Source: Candidatus Vogelbacteria bacterium
GTDB lineage: Bacteria; Patescibacteriota; Minisyncoccia; Phycocordibacterales; XYD1-FULL-46-19
Direction of reading: 5' to 3'
Assembly (NCBI GenBank): GCA_016188295.1
Contig: JACPIA010000004.1
Location: 108,478-162,967 of the forward strand
DNA length: 54,490 nucleotides
Shown here: in pieces, positions 36,585-46,758 of the stretch
Layout of the letters: every line of letters begins with the position of its first letter
Position numbering within the stretch: position 1 is the first letter of the stretch
The notes under the pieces: model-generated
What the model was told of the DNA's origin: nothing
The model's database searches: none
What the model saw: only the letters and a program-made list of their open reading frames with translations
Made by a program: the position numbers and the translations under genes

Positions 36585-36613
36585 TTGTTGTAAATGAGGA
36601 CCAGTGCTATACT
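36585..36613 (+). promoter_or_regulatory. sigma-70-type promoter
   Basis: TTGTTG, a 17-nt spacer, then TATACT, ending 14 nt before the ATG at 36628. Confidence 0.45.
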
Positions 36614-36627
36614 AAATAATACATTAT

Positions 36628-38769
36628 ATGCGTCGGTTTTTGGCGATATTCTTGGTAGTCGGCCTTATCGGTGTTGGTTTGTTTAGTGCTTCCAGTTTGA
36701 GTGCTAATTCACTCGTCGGTAATCTTACGGCTCGTCTCACGGCCGCAGTAGCGTTGACGCCAGAACAATTAATTGAGAGTCTTTGGTCTCAGGTACGAAT
36801 TCTCCAAGCAATTTTAGCCGAATTATTGCGAGTGCGTGGCTTGGCACCGGGTAGTGTGGGTTCATGTCGAACAATCACTACCCAATTAGTATTAGGTAGT
36901 CGCGATACCACCACCGGTGGCGATGTTACTCGATTACAACAAGTTTTGCGAAGAGAAGCCCTTTTAAACGTAGCACCGACTGGTTATCTGGGGCCACTGA
37001 CCTATCAGGGATTATTATCTTTCCAAAAACGTTACGTTTTGGTCGGCTGGCCGTCGACTCTCGCTAAACTGAATATGATATTGTGTCCGACTGTTTCTAC
37101 TGTCGCTTTAACAACAGGAACGAGTACTGGAACGGGTTCGGTTGTTAGTCCGGCTGGCGGAGGCGGAGGTGGTTCAACTGGTTCACCGGCTCCAACCACA
37201 CCGATCAGCTCTCAACCAACGACCCCAATCACTCAACCACCAAATACTCCATTACCACCTCCGCCGCCCCCAACCATCCCAGAAATTCCTGATAATCTTT
37301 TGGCTCACTTAACTGATCCTGATTCGGGTTGGACCAGTTTTGATCAGCCGGCTTCCGGTCACATTATTTTTGTCAGCCAAAGTGGCGCTGATACTAATAA
37401 TGGTTTAAGCGCCGCTACCGCAGTAAAAACCATCGCTAAAGCCAAGAGTTTGGCGCGCAACTGTACTAACGGTTCACCTTACTGGATTTTATTTGAAAGA
37501 GGAAAAGTCTGGAGCGAGTCTTTTGGCGATCTTAAACTTTCTGGTTGCAGTTCTAGTCAACCATTAGTTGTCGGTTCTTATGGTGTCAGCGGTAATCGGC
37601 CGATTTTAGCTGGTCTTAAAGCTAATGATCCGACACCTAGCGTTTCCAATGTGGCACTGGTTGGACTTAAATTTACCGGTCCGCTAGCATGGCGTGCTCC
37701 CGGTAGTAATATTTTGATTGAAGACAGCTATTTTGCCAATGGTCTGGGCGCTATTGAAGCGCTCAATGGTGCCATCAGTCAATTAACGATCCGCCGCTCG
37801 ATTATCGTGGATGCAGTGGTAGCGACTGGTCGGGCTCAGGGTTTGTTTGTCCGGGGGGTCAATGGACTCACGATTGAGGAATCGGTCTTTGATCATAATG
37901 GTTGGCGCGCCGAAGGCAGTTTATCGGCTAATGCCGCTCAAGAAAATCACAATATTTATCTCCGGACCGATAATAATAATGTGGTTGTCCGGCGTAATAT
38001 TATTGCTCGGGCTTCCAGTCACGGTCTCCAAGCGCGAGCCGGAGGTGAGATTACTGAAAATTTATTTATTCGTAATCCGATTGCCGTGTCTTTTGGTTTT
38101 GTCTTGGGTAATCAAGAAACTAAAGCCGGTGGGGTGACCGGAGCAATTACGGATAATATTATTCTTGAAGGGACGGATATGATTGCGACAACTCCAGCTT
38201 TGCCGCGCGGTTTTGGTTTAGAATTGGGTAATGTCCGCAGTGCTACAGTTAGCGGTAATGTGATTGCTCGCGATCAAAGCGGTGGCACTGGTCCGTTGGG
38301 GATTAAACTTTCCGGCACTAATGGTCTTGGTGTTAAAAATATCGATTTAACCGATAATATTATTTACGAATGGCGACGGCCGATTTTAATCAATAATAGC
38401 GCCGGTACCGTCGATAATATCTCGATCAATGATAATGTCTTAGTCTCTAGTCGCACTGGCAAGCAATTAGTGGAGTTGGAGCGGGATTTCAGCTCCGACC
38501 AAGTTGATTTTACCGGCAATGGCTACTGGCTTAGTGGAGGTGACGGTTGGTTTAAGGTAGCAACCAGCACTATTGCTTTAGCTGATTGGGTCGACACGTC
38601 CGCTCGCCAACTGGATTCTTCTTTAGTCAACTTAAATCGACCGACGGTACCCGGTGGTTATAGTGGTCTGCTCAATACGCTTCGTGGACAAAACAAAGAT
38701 AATTGGCGCGATGATTTAATGCCGCCGGATATTCTTGACGATATTCGCAATCAACTCAATGATTTTTAG
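36628..38769 (+). CDS. secreted peptidoglycan-binding protein with a right-handed beta-helix (pectate-lyase-fold) domain
   Basis: Signal/TM helix, PG_binding_1-like GGDVTRLQQVLR..GYLGPLTYQGLLSFQ, a Gly/Pro-rich linker, and repeated beta-helix turns (NIIARASSHGLQA, ITDNIILEG, VSGNVIARD, LTDNIIYEW). Confidence 0.7.
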   Translation: MRRFLAIFLVVGLIGVGLFSASSLSANSLVGNLTARLTAAVALTPEQLIESLWSQVRILQAILAELLRVRGLAPGSVGSCRTITTQLVLGSRDTTTGGDVTRLQQVLRREALLNVAPTGYLGPLTYQGLLSFQKRYVLVGWPSTLAKLNMILCPTVSTVALTTGTSTGTGSVVSPAGGGGGGSTGSPAPTTPISSQPTTPITQPPNTPLPPPPPPTIPEIPDNLLAHLTDPDSGWTSFDQPASGHIIFVSQSGADTNNGLSAATAVKTIAKAKSLARNCTNGSPYWILFERGKVWSESFGDLKLSGCSSSQPLVVGSYGVSGNRPILAGLKANDPTPSVSNVALVGLKFTGPLAWRAPGSNILIEDSYFANGLGAIEALNGAISQLTIRRSIIVDAVVATGRAQGLFVRGVNGLTIEESVFDHNGWRAEGSLSANAAQENHNIYLRTDNNNVVVRRNIIARASSHGLQARAGGEITENLFIRNPIAVSFGFVLGNQETKAGGVTGAITDNIILEGTDMIATTPALPRGFGLELGNVRSATVSGNVIARDQSGGTGPLGIKLSGTNGLGVKNIDLTDNIIYEWRRPILINNSAGTVDNISINDNVLVSSRTGKQLVELERDFSSDQVDFTGNGYWLSGGDGWFKVATSTIALADWVDTSARQLDSSLVNLNRPTVPGGYSGLLNTLRGQNKDNWRDDLMPPDILDDIRNQLNDF

Positions 38770-38779
38770 GCTGGTGCCT

Positions 38780-39610
38780 ATGACAGCCGTTCGGGGAGTC
38801 ATTATTATTTTGATAATTTGGCTGGTGGGTGGCAGTTATTTTTTGGTGCGACAAAATATTGATCAGCAACAGTTGGCAACGGAGTGGGAGCTTAAGACTC
38901 TGGAGCTTGAGCGAGAGAATGATTATTTAACGCGTCAGTTGGCAAATGAGCGCGAACGCAATAATACTTTTTCCAGTCAGATCGATGAAATTTCTTCGAC
39001 GGTCAATGTCTTGGAAAAATTACGTCGTATTGACCCTGAATTATTGCGCAAATATTCCAAAATTTATTTTTTAAACGAGAATTACATTCCTGCCAGTTTA
39101 ACCAAAATCAGCAGTCGTTATTTATATCGACCCGAAAATGAAGAAAAAATTCAGACCGATATCTGGCCGTATTTGCGCGAATTGTTGCGGGCGGCGGATA
39201 ATGACGACATTGATCTTAAAATTATCTCCGCTTACCGTTCTTTTTTTGAGCAGTATAATTTAAAGACCAATTATAAGGTAATCTACGGTTCGGGGGCTAA
39301 TCAATTTTCAGCTGATCAGGGTTATTCCGAGCATCAACTGGGTGCGGCTCTCGATTTTACCACTGGTGCCGTGACACCGACTACTCTAGAGTTTGAACAA
39401 TCCAAGGCTTATACTTGGTTAATTAATAATGCTTATAAATATGGCTTTATTTTGTCTTATCCCAAAGGTAATACCTATTACCAATTTGAGCCATGGCATT
39501 GGCGCTTTGTAGGCAAAGACTTGGCTGGGGACTTACATCGTCGGGGACAAAATTTTTACGATCTTGACCAACGGGAGATTAATGAGTCTCTAGTTAATTT
39601 ATTTGATTGA
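38780..39610 (+). CDS. VanY/M15B-family D-alanyl-D-alanine carboxypeptidase
   Basis: SAYRSFFEQ, SEHQLGAALDF and EPWHWRFVG zinc-peptidase motifs, with an N-terminal TM. Earlier starts at 38759 and 38735 are possible. Confidence 0.8.
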   Translation: MTAVRGVIIILIIWLVGGSYFLVRQNIDQQQLATEWELKTLELERENDYLTRQLANERERNNTFSSQIDEISSTVNVLEKLRRIDPELLRKYSKIYFLNENYIPASLTKISSRYLYRPENEEKIQTDIWPYLRELLRAADNDDIDLKIISAYRSFFEQYNLKTNYKVIYGSGANQFSADQGYSEHQLGAALDFTTGAVTPTTLEFEQSKAYTWLINNAYKYGFILSYPKGNTYYQFEPWHWRFVGKDLAGDLHRRGQNFYDLDQREINESLVNLFD

Positions 39611-39980
39611 GTTTAGAGTTATACCCGGTTATTAACAGTTTATTCAGGTTATGATAACGTTATTTAGATTGACAATTTAAATGATGGGATCATAATATGA
39701 TTACAAGTTTACTCCTCAATTGGGTAGGTTCCGGATCACATTATTAAGGGACCACATTACACTCAATCTTCGGATTGATGACCAGGTACCCACTTTAGAT
39801 CGCCGCGGATACTTTATCTCAATGAGGAATAAGCTGCCAAGAGAAAAACCGACGCTGACGAGGCTCGGTCTTTCTCTTAATTACTGTGGATTACTGGCTG
39901 GCACTTAATTGGGTTAGCGTTATAATTAAAGAGTAAGGTCGAATTTACTCCTTTAATAAAAACATTGCTATAATTAGAGT

Positions 39981-40196
39981 ATGAAAATACTTCACACTGT
40001 TGCTTTTGTTCTGGCTGTCATCGGTGGTCTTAATTGGCTGCTTGATGTCTTTAACTGGAATGTGGTTAATATGATTTTTGGCGTCGGATCGACTGTTACC
40101 CAAGCGATTTATGTTTTGGTTGGCCTCTCGGCGATTTACCTTATCTTTACACACAAAACAACTTGCAAGATGTGTGTTAAAGGCAACTCAATGTAA
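39981..40196 (+). CDS. DUF378-family small membrane protein
   Basis: LAVIGGLNWLLDVFNWNVV..IYVLVGLSAIY pattern. Confidence 0.7.
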   Translation: MKILHTVAFVLAVIGGLNWLLDVFNWNVVNMIFGVGSTVTQAIYVLVGLSAIYLIFTHKTTCKMCVKGNSM

Positions 40197-40271
40197 TTCA
40201 GTTTTCGGTCGGATTACTTAAAGATCTCTTTGGCTCGCGCTAGGGAGATTTTTATGTCATACTAATAATTA

Positions 40272-41240
40272 ATGACTTGGTCGGCGCTTATTGTTTTGGT
40301 ACCATCTTTTCTTTTACTATTGGCGATTTTAGAAGTGATACGTTTAGCTCATGAGCGTGATGAGTTAAGAAAACGCGAACAATTTGTAATTAAACAAGTA
40401 GAAGCTCACAAAGAGTTAACTCAAGCTAAAATTAAAGGAGAATTTTCGGAGCGGGAGCAGGCGATCGGCGCCCGTGAGCTCGAGGCCACCTTTGCGACTA
40501 ATCGCTTAGAGGATTTTGAAGCAACTAAATCAAAATTTGTGTCGGTCACCGCTCATCAAATGCGTACACCTCTGGCGGCGATCAAATGGACTTTTCATAT
40601 GCTTTCTAAGGGCGATCTTGGGCCGATTACTGATGATCAAAAGACATTTATCGATAAAGGCTTACTTAGTACCGATCGAATGATTCGGATTGTCAATGAT
40701 TTATTATTGGTTGACACTTCGCCCGATACTGTCCACAATCTTAATTTAACAGCGGTTGATCTTAAACAATTAGTAGCAACGATTGTTCAAGAGTTTATGC
40801 CTCAGGCTTTGAGTAAAAAAATCAAATTGCAGTTTATTAGTCCGGATCAGTCTTTACCGACTATCAAAGCGGATGCCGGTAAACTGCGAATGGTGGTGGA
40901 AAATTTACTCGATAATGCTATTAAATACACACCGGTTGACGGTGAGGTCACAGTCAATTTACTGGACACGGCACTCAACAGTCCTAAACCTAGTCTGGAG
41001 TTGGTGGTGGCGGACAGTGGCATCGGGATTAAATCAACCGATCAAGCTAAGATTTTTAATAAATTTTTTCGTGCCGGTAATGCCGTATCAATGGAGCCAG
41101 ATGGTAGTGGTTTAGGCTTATATATTTGCAAAGATATTGTCAAAAAACACGGCGGTACGATGTGGTTTCAAAGTCCAATTAATGGCGGTGGTACCGCTTT
41201 CCACCTCTTGCTACCCCTAGTTGGTCCAATTATGGTATAA
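40272..41240 (+). CDS. sensor histidine kinase
   Basis: H-box SVTAHQMRTPL, N-box DNAIKYTP, G1 DSGIGI, G2 GSGLGLYI. Confidence 0.85.
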   Translation: MTWSALIVLVPSFLLLLAILEVIRLAHERDELRKREQFVIKQVEAHKELTQAKIKGEFSEREQAIGARELEATFATNRLEDFEATKSKFVSVTAHQMRTPLAAIKWTFHMLSKGDLGPITDDQKTFIDKGLLSTDRMIRIVNDLLLVDTSPDTVHNLNLTAVDLKQLVATIVQEFMPQALSKKIKLQFISPDQSLPTIKADAGKLRMVVENLLDNAIKYTPVDGEVTVNLLDTALNSPKPSLELVVADSGIGIKSTDQAKIFNKFFRAGNAVSMEPDGSGLGLYICKDIVKKHGGTMWFQSPINGGGTAFHLLLPLVGPIMV

Positions 41241-41268
41241 TCGAGCTATACTAGTTTAAGTCCTAATC

Positions 41269-41637
41269 ATGGCTATTAAAAAAATATTTATCGTTGAGGA
41301 TGATGAATTTTTACGTTCATTAACTGTTAAGCGTTTGGAAAAGGAGGGTTATGAAGTAGCCGTGGCCGAGGATGGTGACAAAGCAATTGACTTAATTCCT
41401 AAAGAAAAACCAGACGCGGTCTTACTTGACTTACTTTTGCCCGGCAAAAGTGGTTTTGAAGTGTTAGAAAAATTGAAAGAGGGTGATGATCTTAAGGGTG
41501 TGCCGGTGATTGTCTTTTCCAATCTTGGCCAACGCGAGGATATTGATAAAGCTAAAAAGTTGGGAGCAACTGACTTTTTAATCAAAGCCAACTTTACTTT
41601 GGATGATGTGGTCGCCAAATTAGGTAGCCTAAAATAA
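41269..41637 (+). CDS. stand-alone response-regulator receiver protein (CheY-like)
   Basis: VEDDE, LLDLLLPG, FSN and K in the expected positions. There is no output domain. Confidence 0.85.
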   Translation: MAIKKIFIVEDDEFLRSLTVKRLEKEGYEVAVAEDGDKAIDLIPKEKPDAVLLDLLLPGKSGFEVLEKLKEGDDLKGVPVIVFSNLGQREDIDKAKKLGATDFLIKANFTLDDVVAKLGSLK

Positions 41638-41641
41638 CGAT

Positions 41642-42604
41642 ATGGGGACAATCCGAGTCGGTGTTGTCCGTGGCGGATTAGGTGGGGAGTACGAAGTCTC
41701 GCTTAAAACTGGTGGCAGTGTCCTCCGTCATTTACCGGCTCACTATTTGGGTCGCGATATTTTAATTACCAAAGATGGCCAATGGCACTTGGGTGGCCTG
41801 GTCACTACTCCTGATCGAGTGGCAAAAAGTGTGGATGTTATTTTTAACGCTTTACATGGCGAGTTTGGCGAGGATGGTCAAATCCAAAAACTATTTGATG
41901 ATTTGGGAGTTAAATATACTGGTGCTGGCCATTTAGCCTCAGCAGTAGCCATGGATAAACAAACTAGTAAGATGATGTTTACTAAAGCGGGGCTAAAAGT
42001 GCCTTGTGGTAAATTAGTCCGGGCTGATCAGGATGTTGCGGAGGTGGTAGCTCTTATCTTCCGCCAATTACCACCGCCGTGGGTGGTTAAACCAGCTGAT
42101 CGTGGTTCGTCGGTCGGTTTATTTTTAACTAGAACGGTTCAACAATTAACTGATGCTATTAAATCTTGTTTTACCTACACTGATAATGTGTTAGTGGAGG
42201 AGTATTTACGAGGTAAAGAGGCGACAGTGGGCGTGGTCGAAGGTTTAAGAAATAAGTCCCTTTATGCTTTATTACCAATTGAAATTCGTCGTCCTACCGG
42301 TAAAGCAGTCTGGGATTATGGCGATAAATATAACGGTACGACGCAAGAAGTTTGTCCCGGTAATTTTACTATAGACGAAAAGGAAGAATTATCACGTCAA
42401 GCGGCTTTGGCGCATCAGGTGCTTGGCTTGGCTCATTATTCACGCTCGGATTTTATGGTGACACCACGAGGGATTTATATTTTAGAAACTAATTCTTTGC
42501 CGGGGATGACCAGTGAATCGCTTTTACCCAAAGCGCTTCAAGCAGTTGGTATCGAATATCCTCATTTTCTGGATCATGTGCTACGATTAGCCCTCAATGA
42601 CTAA
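41642..42604 (+). CDS. ddl: D-alanine--D-alanine ligase
   Basis: ATP-grasp layout, FNALHGEFGEDGQIQ, VKPADRGSSVG and ILETNSLPGMT. Confidence 0.85.
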   Translation: MGTIRVGVVRGGLGGEYEVSLKTGGSVLRHLPAHYLGRDILITKDGQWHLGGLVTTPDRVAKSVDVIFNALHGEFGEDGQIQKLFDDLGVKYTGAGHLASAVAMDKQTSKMMFTKAGLKVPCGKLVRADQDVAEVVALIFRQLPPPWVVKPADRGSSVGLFLTRTVQQLTDAIKSCFTYTDNVLVEEYLRGKEATVGVVEGLRNKSLYALLPIEIRRPTGKAVWDYGDKYNGTTQEVCPGNFTIDEKEELSRQAALAHQVLGLAHYSRSDFMVTPRGIYILETNSLPGMTSESLLPKALQAVGIEYPHFLDHVLRLALND

Positions 42605-43880
42605 ATTTAAGCGCCTAAAGCGTTTCCGCTACTTTTTGACGGCCATTACCATCGGTTGGTTTTTGGCTTTTCGCCAAGTCAAACGGAGCTCGCATTGGAG
42701 CACGGTGTTGATTATTGTCGTGATGGCTCTGACCTTTTTAAATTTAGTCGTGGTTAGTGGTATTTTGGTCGGTTTGATCCAAGGGTCAGAGAATACTTTT
42801 CGGGCCCGCTACACCGGTGATATTATTATTTCGACCTTAAAACAAAAAAACTATATTGAGCATAGTCCGGAGTTGATTGCTCTAATTAAAACTTTACCTT
42901 GGACAATAGGTGTTACCGCTCGTTATATGGAAGGTGGAAGTATTGAGGCTAATTATCAAACTAGGATTAATGAGCGCGATCCGATCGAGAGTGCGGGGGC
43001 GATTATTACCGGTATTAATCCGGCGGATGAGGAGGTAGTAACCGGCATTTCCAATTTAGTTACCGAAGGCCAATATTTAGCGCCATCTGATTATGATCAA
43101 ATTGTGATTGGCTATCAGTTGTTACGTAAGTATTTACCAATTGATTCACCGGGACTCCAATTACTCGACAATGTAGGAGTGGGGAGCAAGGTTCGTTTGG
43201 TTTTAAACGATAATACCCGTGAGTATACCGTCAAAGGGATAATCCATGGCAAGGTGGATGAGATTGGTCGGCGGGTGTTTATGGTTGACAGCCAATTGCG
43301 TCCGATTATTGGTCGAGGAGATTACAATGTGGATGAAATTTCAGTCCGCTTAAAACCGGGCGTTGATCCCAATATCGTTAAACAAGCTATTTTGGCGACT
43401 GGCGCCGGTGAGTGGGCTAAAGTCCAGACGTGGGTTGATGCTCAACCTAAATTTCTTAAAGATATTAAAGACACTTTTGCTTTATTGGGCAATATGATTG
43501 GCTCGATCGGCTTGGTAGTGGCGTCGATTACTATTTTTATCGTCATTTTTATCAATGCGATCACTCGGCGCAAATATATCGGTATTTTAAAGGGAATCGG
43601 TATTGATGCAGTGGTGATTGAATTTGCTTATGTAATTCAATCACTCTTTTACGCCAGTGTCGGCACTTTGCTTGGGGCCGTCATTTTGTTTGGCGTACTC
43701 CAACCTTATTTAGCGGCTCACCCGATTGACTTTCCCTTTAGTGATGGGATCTTGGTGGCGACTGTTAATGGCACTTTACTACGAGTACTGGCTTTAATGG
43801 TTGCCACGTTGATTGCCGGTTACATTCCAGCTCGGATTGTCGTTAAGCAAAATACTTTAGATGCTATTTTAGGACGTTAA
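42597..43880 (+). CDS. ABC transporter permease, FtsX/MacB-like
   Basis: N-terminal TM, a large extracytoplasmic domain, and three C-terminal TM segments (FtsX fold). Confidence 0.75.
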   Translation: MTKFKRLKRFRYFLTAITIGWFLAFRQVKRSSHWSTVLIIVVMALTFLNLVVVSGILVGLIQGSENTFRARYTGDIIISTLKQKNYIEHSPELIALIKTLPWTIGVTARYMEGGSIEANYQTRINERDPIESAGAIITGINPADEEVVTGISNLVTEGQYLAPSDYDQIVIGYQLLRKYLPIDSPGLQLLDNVGVGSKVRLVLNDNTREYTVKGIIHGKVDEIGRRVFMVDSQLRPIIGRGDYNVDEISVRLKPGVDPNIVKQAILATGAGEWAKVQTWVDAQPKFLKDIKDTFALLGNMIGSIGLVVASITIFIVIFINAITRRKYIGILKGIGIDAVVIEFAYVIQSLFYASVGTLLGAVILFGVLQPYLAAHPIDFPFSDGILVATVNGTLLRVLALMVATLIAGYIPARIVVKQNTLDAILGR

Positions 43881-43888
43881 ATTAATTT

Positions 43889-44563
43889 ATGATTACGGCT
43901 AAAAATCTGATTAAAAAATATGAATCCGGTGATGGCGAATTAGTGGTTTTAAAAGACTTGAGTATTAATATTCCAGCTGGTCAATTTTTAGCTATCACCG
44001 GGCGCTCCGGCTCGGGCAAAAGCACTCTGTTATACCAATTGGGTTTATTAGATCGGCCTAATAGTGGCGAGATTACTATCGATCAAACTGATGTCATTGC
44101 TTTAAATGATGATGATCGTACGCGTTTTCGTCTTTATGAACTAGGTTACGTTTTTCAGGATTATGCTCTTTTACCCGAGTTGACAGCACTAGAGAATGTG
44201 ATGGTACCGTTATTGATGCAGGGTCTTAATTACGAGCAAGTAGTGGCTAAGGCGCGCCAAGCCTTGACTCAAATTGATTTAGTTGATCGGATGGATAATT
44301 TACCCAGCCAACTCTCGGGTGGCCAGCAACAGCGGGTAAGTATTGCCAGAGCGATTGCTCATGAACCCAAAATTATTTTTGCCGATGAGCCGACTGCTAA
44401 CTTAGATCGCGAAACTGCTCAAGTGGTACTGGGTTTATTTAAAAAACTGCATCAAGCAGGTCAGACTATTGTGATGGTAATTCACGAACAGGAGTACACT
44501 AAATTAGCCGAGCGAGTGATTACACTTGATGATGGACAGATTATATCAGATGTGCTACAGTAA
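43889..44563 (+). CDS. ABC transporter ATP-binding protein (MacB/LolD-type)
   Basis: GRSGSGKSTL, LSGGQQQRVSIARA and IFADEPTANLD. Confidence 0.9.
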   Translation: MITAKNLIKKYESGDGELVVLKDLSINIPAGQFLAITGRSGSGKSTLLYQLGLLDRPNSGEITIDQTDVIALNDDDRTRFRLYELGYVFQDYALLPELTALENVMVPLLMQGLNYEQVVAKARQALTQIDLVDRMDNLPSQLSGGQQQRVSIARAIAHEPKIIFADEPTANLDRETAQVVLGLFKKLHQAGQTIVMVIHEQEYTKLAERVITLDDGQIISDVLQ

Positions 44564-44571
44564 AATGGCTA

Positions 44572-45999
44572 ATGTCTAAACTAAATTACTGGCTTGGCCG
44601 TTATCCCAAAATAATCGCCCTGATGGCGATTATTGTCGCTGTCTTGAGTCTGATTTGGGGATTTAATTTAGATCATAATACCGAGACCATTACCGTAAAA
44701 CGACAGGATTTAATCCAAACGATCCAAGCGAGTGGTCAGGTCCGAGCGGTGGGTCAAGTTGATCTCTCGTTTGCCAAAAATGGTCGGGTGGCGCAGGTCA
44801 ATAAACAACCGGGTGATCGGGTTTATGCTAATGAGGTGATTACTACTTTAGACCAAGCCGATTTATACGCCGATCGTCAAAGCGCCGAAGCCACTTTAAA
44901 ACAAAATAAGGCTAAAGTGGTAAGCGCTAAAGTGGCTGTCGCTGATGCCAAACAAGCTTTAGCTGATGCGGTAACTGAGACTTTTGCCGAAGCCGACAGT
45001 ATCATGGGTACCACCATTGACGAATTTTATGACAGCACTGGTTGGGATAGTGCAAATGTTGTTATCACCTTTCAGGGATCGTCACTGCGCGAACGTTTAG
45101 GAGGCTCTCGGAGTTTGGCGCTCCGTAATTTAACCGCTTGGGAAAAAGCCTTAGAGATTGATACTGATCCTCTGGTGTTGGCACCCCAAGCTAAGGATTA
45201 TCTAAATCAATTGGTAGAATTTATAGCCGACCTCTCCTTTGCTGTTAATTATTTAGATGATCTTGATGACGAAGCCGCTATTGCCGGTGCCCGCTTGACG
45301 ATTAATGCTCTAGTGGGGAAGTTGTCCGCCGCTAGTGAAGAATATCGGTCAACAGTGGCTGATCTCGCGGTCCAAGAGACTTTGATTGATGAGGCCCAAG
45401 CGGCTATTGCTAAAGTTGACGCCGAGATCGCTAAAGGGATCATTAAAGCCCCGATCAATGGCTTAATTACTAAACAAGAAGCGGTGGCAGGAGAGAGTGT
45501 CGAGGCTAATGTGGTGGTTACCTCGGTTATTGCGGTTAATCAAGATTTTGAAATTGAGGCCCTTATTCCGGAAATCAATATCGCTAAAGTGTCTATTGGT
45601 AATCAAGTAAAAATTACTCTTGATGCTTTGCCGGATGAAATTTTTAAAGGTACGGTAACAATAGTCGATCAAGGCGAGACCATCCGTGACGGTGTGCCTA
45701 ATTTTAAAATTAAAGTGCGGGTCAAGACTGATGATCAGCGGATTAAAACCGGTTTGACCGCTAATCTGATTATTGAGACAGCTAAAAAATCTAACGTGTT
45801 AGTGGTGCCGGTGTATGCATTGAAGACCGATTTGCCAGTTGGAGGAAAGTCTGGCAGAACAACGGTTAAGATCAGAACCGGTAAGCAGATTATCGAACGA
45901 GTAGTTACTATCGGCCAAATTGGTGATGGGGGTATGGTTGAGATTGTATCGGGCTTGAAAATTGGTGAGGAGGTTATTATTACACCGACAGTAGAATAA
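44572..45999 (+). CDS. HlyD/MacA-family periplasmic adaptor
   Basis: N-terminal TM, a coiled-coil hairpin, and beta-barrel motifs. It lies in an operon with the ABC pair. Confidence 0.7.
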   Translation: MSKLNYWLGRYPKIIALMAIIVAVLSLIWGFNLDHNTETITVKRQDLIQTIQASGQVRAVGQVDLSFAKNGRVAQVNKQPGDRVYANEVITTLDQADLYADRQSAEATLKQNKAKVVSAKVAVADAKQALADAVTETFAEADSIMGTTIDEFYDSTGWDSANVVITFQGSSLRERLGGSRSLALRNLTAWEKALEIDTDPLVLAPQAKDYLNQLVEFIADLSFAVNYLDDLDDEAAIAGARLTINALVGKLSAASEEYRSTVADLAVQETLIDEAQAAIAKVDAEIAKGIIKAPINGLITKQEAVAGESVEANVVVTSVIAVNQDFEIEALIPEINIAKVSIGNQVKITLDALPDEIFKGTVTIVDQGETIRDGVPNFKIKVRVKTDDQRIKTGLTANLIIETAKKSNVLVVPVYALKTDLPVGGKSGRTTVKIRTGKQIIERVVTIGQIGDGGMVEIVSGLKIGEEVIITPTVE

Positions 46000-46004
46000 A
46001 AAAT

Positions 46005-46031
46005 CACCCGCTGTCGTGATGGCAGCGGGTG
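46005..46031 (-). terminator. rho-independent terminator (minus strand; may also stop the plus-strand efflux operon)
   Basis: CACCCGCTG..CAGCGGGTG 9-bp stem. On the minus strand it is followed by ATTTTTTAT. Confidence 0.65.
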
Positions 46032-46049
46032 GTAAAGCAGGTAGAGCGA

Positions 46050-46640
46050 CTAAGCAACAATTCCCGAAGACAGAAGCCCCTCGAAAGCTTTTTTCCAGCG
46101 AACAGCGCCAGCTTCTGCCAATGGTCTGGCGGCTTCGAGGAGCGCGGCCGCTTCGCGCTCGAGGCGCCTGCGAGTTCGTTTTTCCTCCTGCTTAGCGAGG
46201 TGTTGGTGAGCCTTTTGGACCGCTTCCATCGTCCGCGAGTACTGCTCGGCAGCTTCGATGATGTCGAAATGTTCGGCGGACACGATCTCCCTTAAGTTTG
46301 CGACTTCGTCGTGAACAAATTTGGTGATGTTCTTGCCCGCACCGGCATTCCGAAGTTTACTGATTTCATACTGAAAACGAGTGTCGGGTGCCTTACGGAT
46401 GAAAGACGCCGCAACGTTGGAAAAATGTCGATCGGCATCCTCAAGGACAGACATGGCGCGATCAAACTCGGTATGCTCGAGGTGTTCGAATCCCAAGTCA
46501 ATCTTGAGCATAATCTTCTCGAGGAGTTTGAACCTATCGACGAGGTGGCAGACCATGCTGATGGTGTTGAACAACGACTCTGTGAAGTTATTCACCTCTT
46601 TAAACGAGTACTTCTGCTGAATCGGCAGCGGGAAACCCAT
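46050..46640 (-). CDS. hypothetical all-helical protein (196 aa), compositionally GC-rich orphan
   Basis: AAGGAG lies 7 nt before the internal ATG at 46640. No family recognised. Confidence 0.5.
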   Translation of the reverse strand: MGFPLPIQQKYSFKEVNNFTESLFNTISMVCHLVDRFKLLEKIMLKIDLGFEHLEHTEFDRAMSVLEDADRHFSNVAASFIRKAPDTRFQYEISKLRNAGAGKNITKFVHDEVANLREIVSAEHFDIIEAAEQYSRTMEAVQKAHQHLAKQEEKRTRRRLEREAAALLEAARPLAEAGAVRWKKAFEGLLSSGIVA

Positions 46641-46699
46641 GACGTTTCTCCTTTGTTTTCGGGCAGTCAAGCCCTTTAAATCCCCTTACTTTCTTAGAC

Positions 46700-46722
46700 C
46701 TAAAACCTGTCTACGGGACAGG
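46700..46722 (-). terminator. rho-independent terminator of the SAM methyltransferase gene
   Basis: On the minus strand, CCTGTC-CCGTA-GACAGG followed by TTTTAG. Confidence 0.5.
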
Positions 46723-46758
46723 CCTCTATCTACCATCCTAGCATATCCACCTATTTTG

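Noticed and set aside
37146-37165. CCGGCTGGCGGAGG, resembling half of the 16-bp palindrome
   Set aside because: It carries one mismatch and is only a half-site. It encodes a Gly run in a low-complexity linker, so chance similarity is likely.
39720-39908. 62-aa ORF in the long spacer
   Set aside because: It has no SD and an odd composition. The region is better treated as non-coding structure.
46292-46679. Several 69-122-aa ORFs overlapping the 46050-46640 gene on both strands
   Set aside because: High local GC keeps alternative frames open. Only the minus-strand frame has an SD and a terminator.
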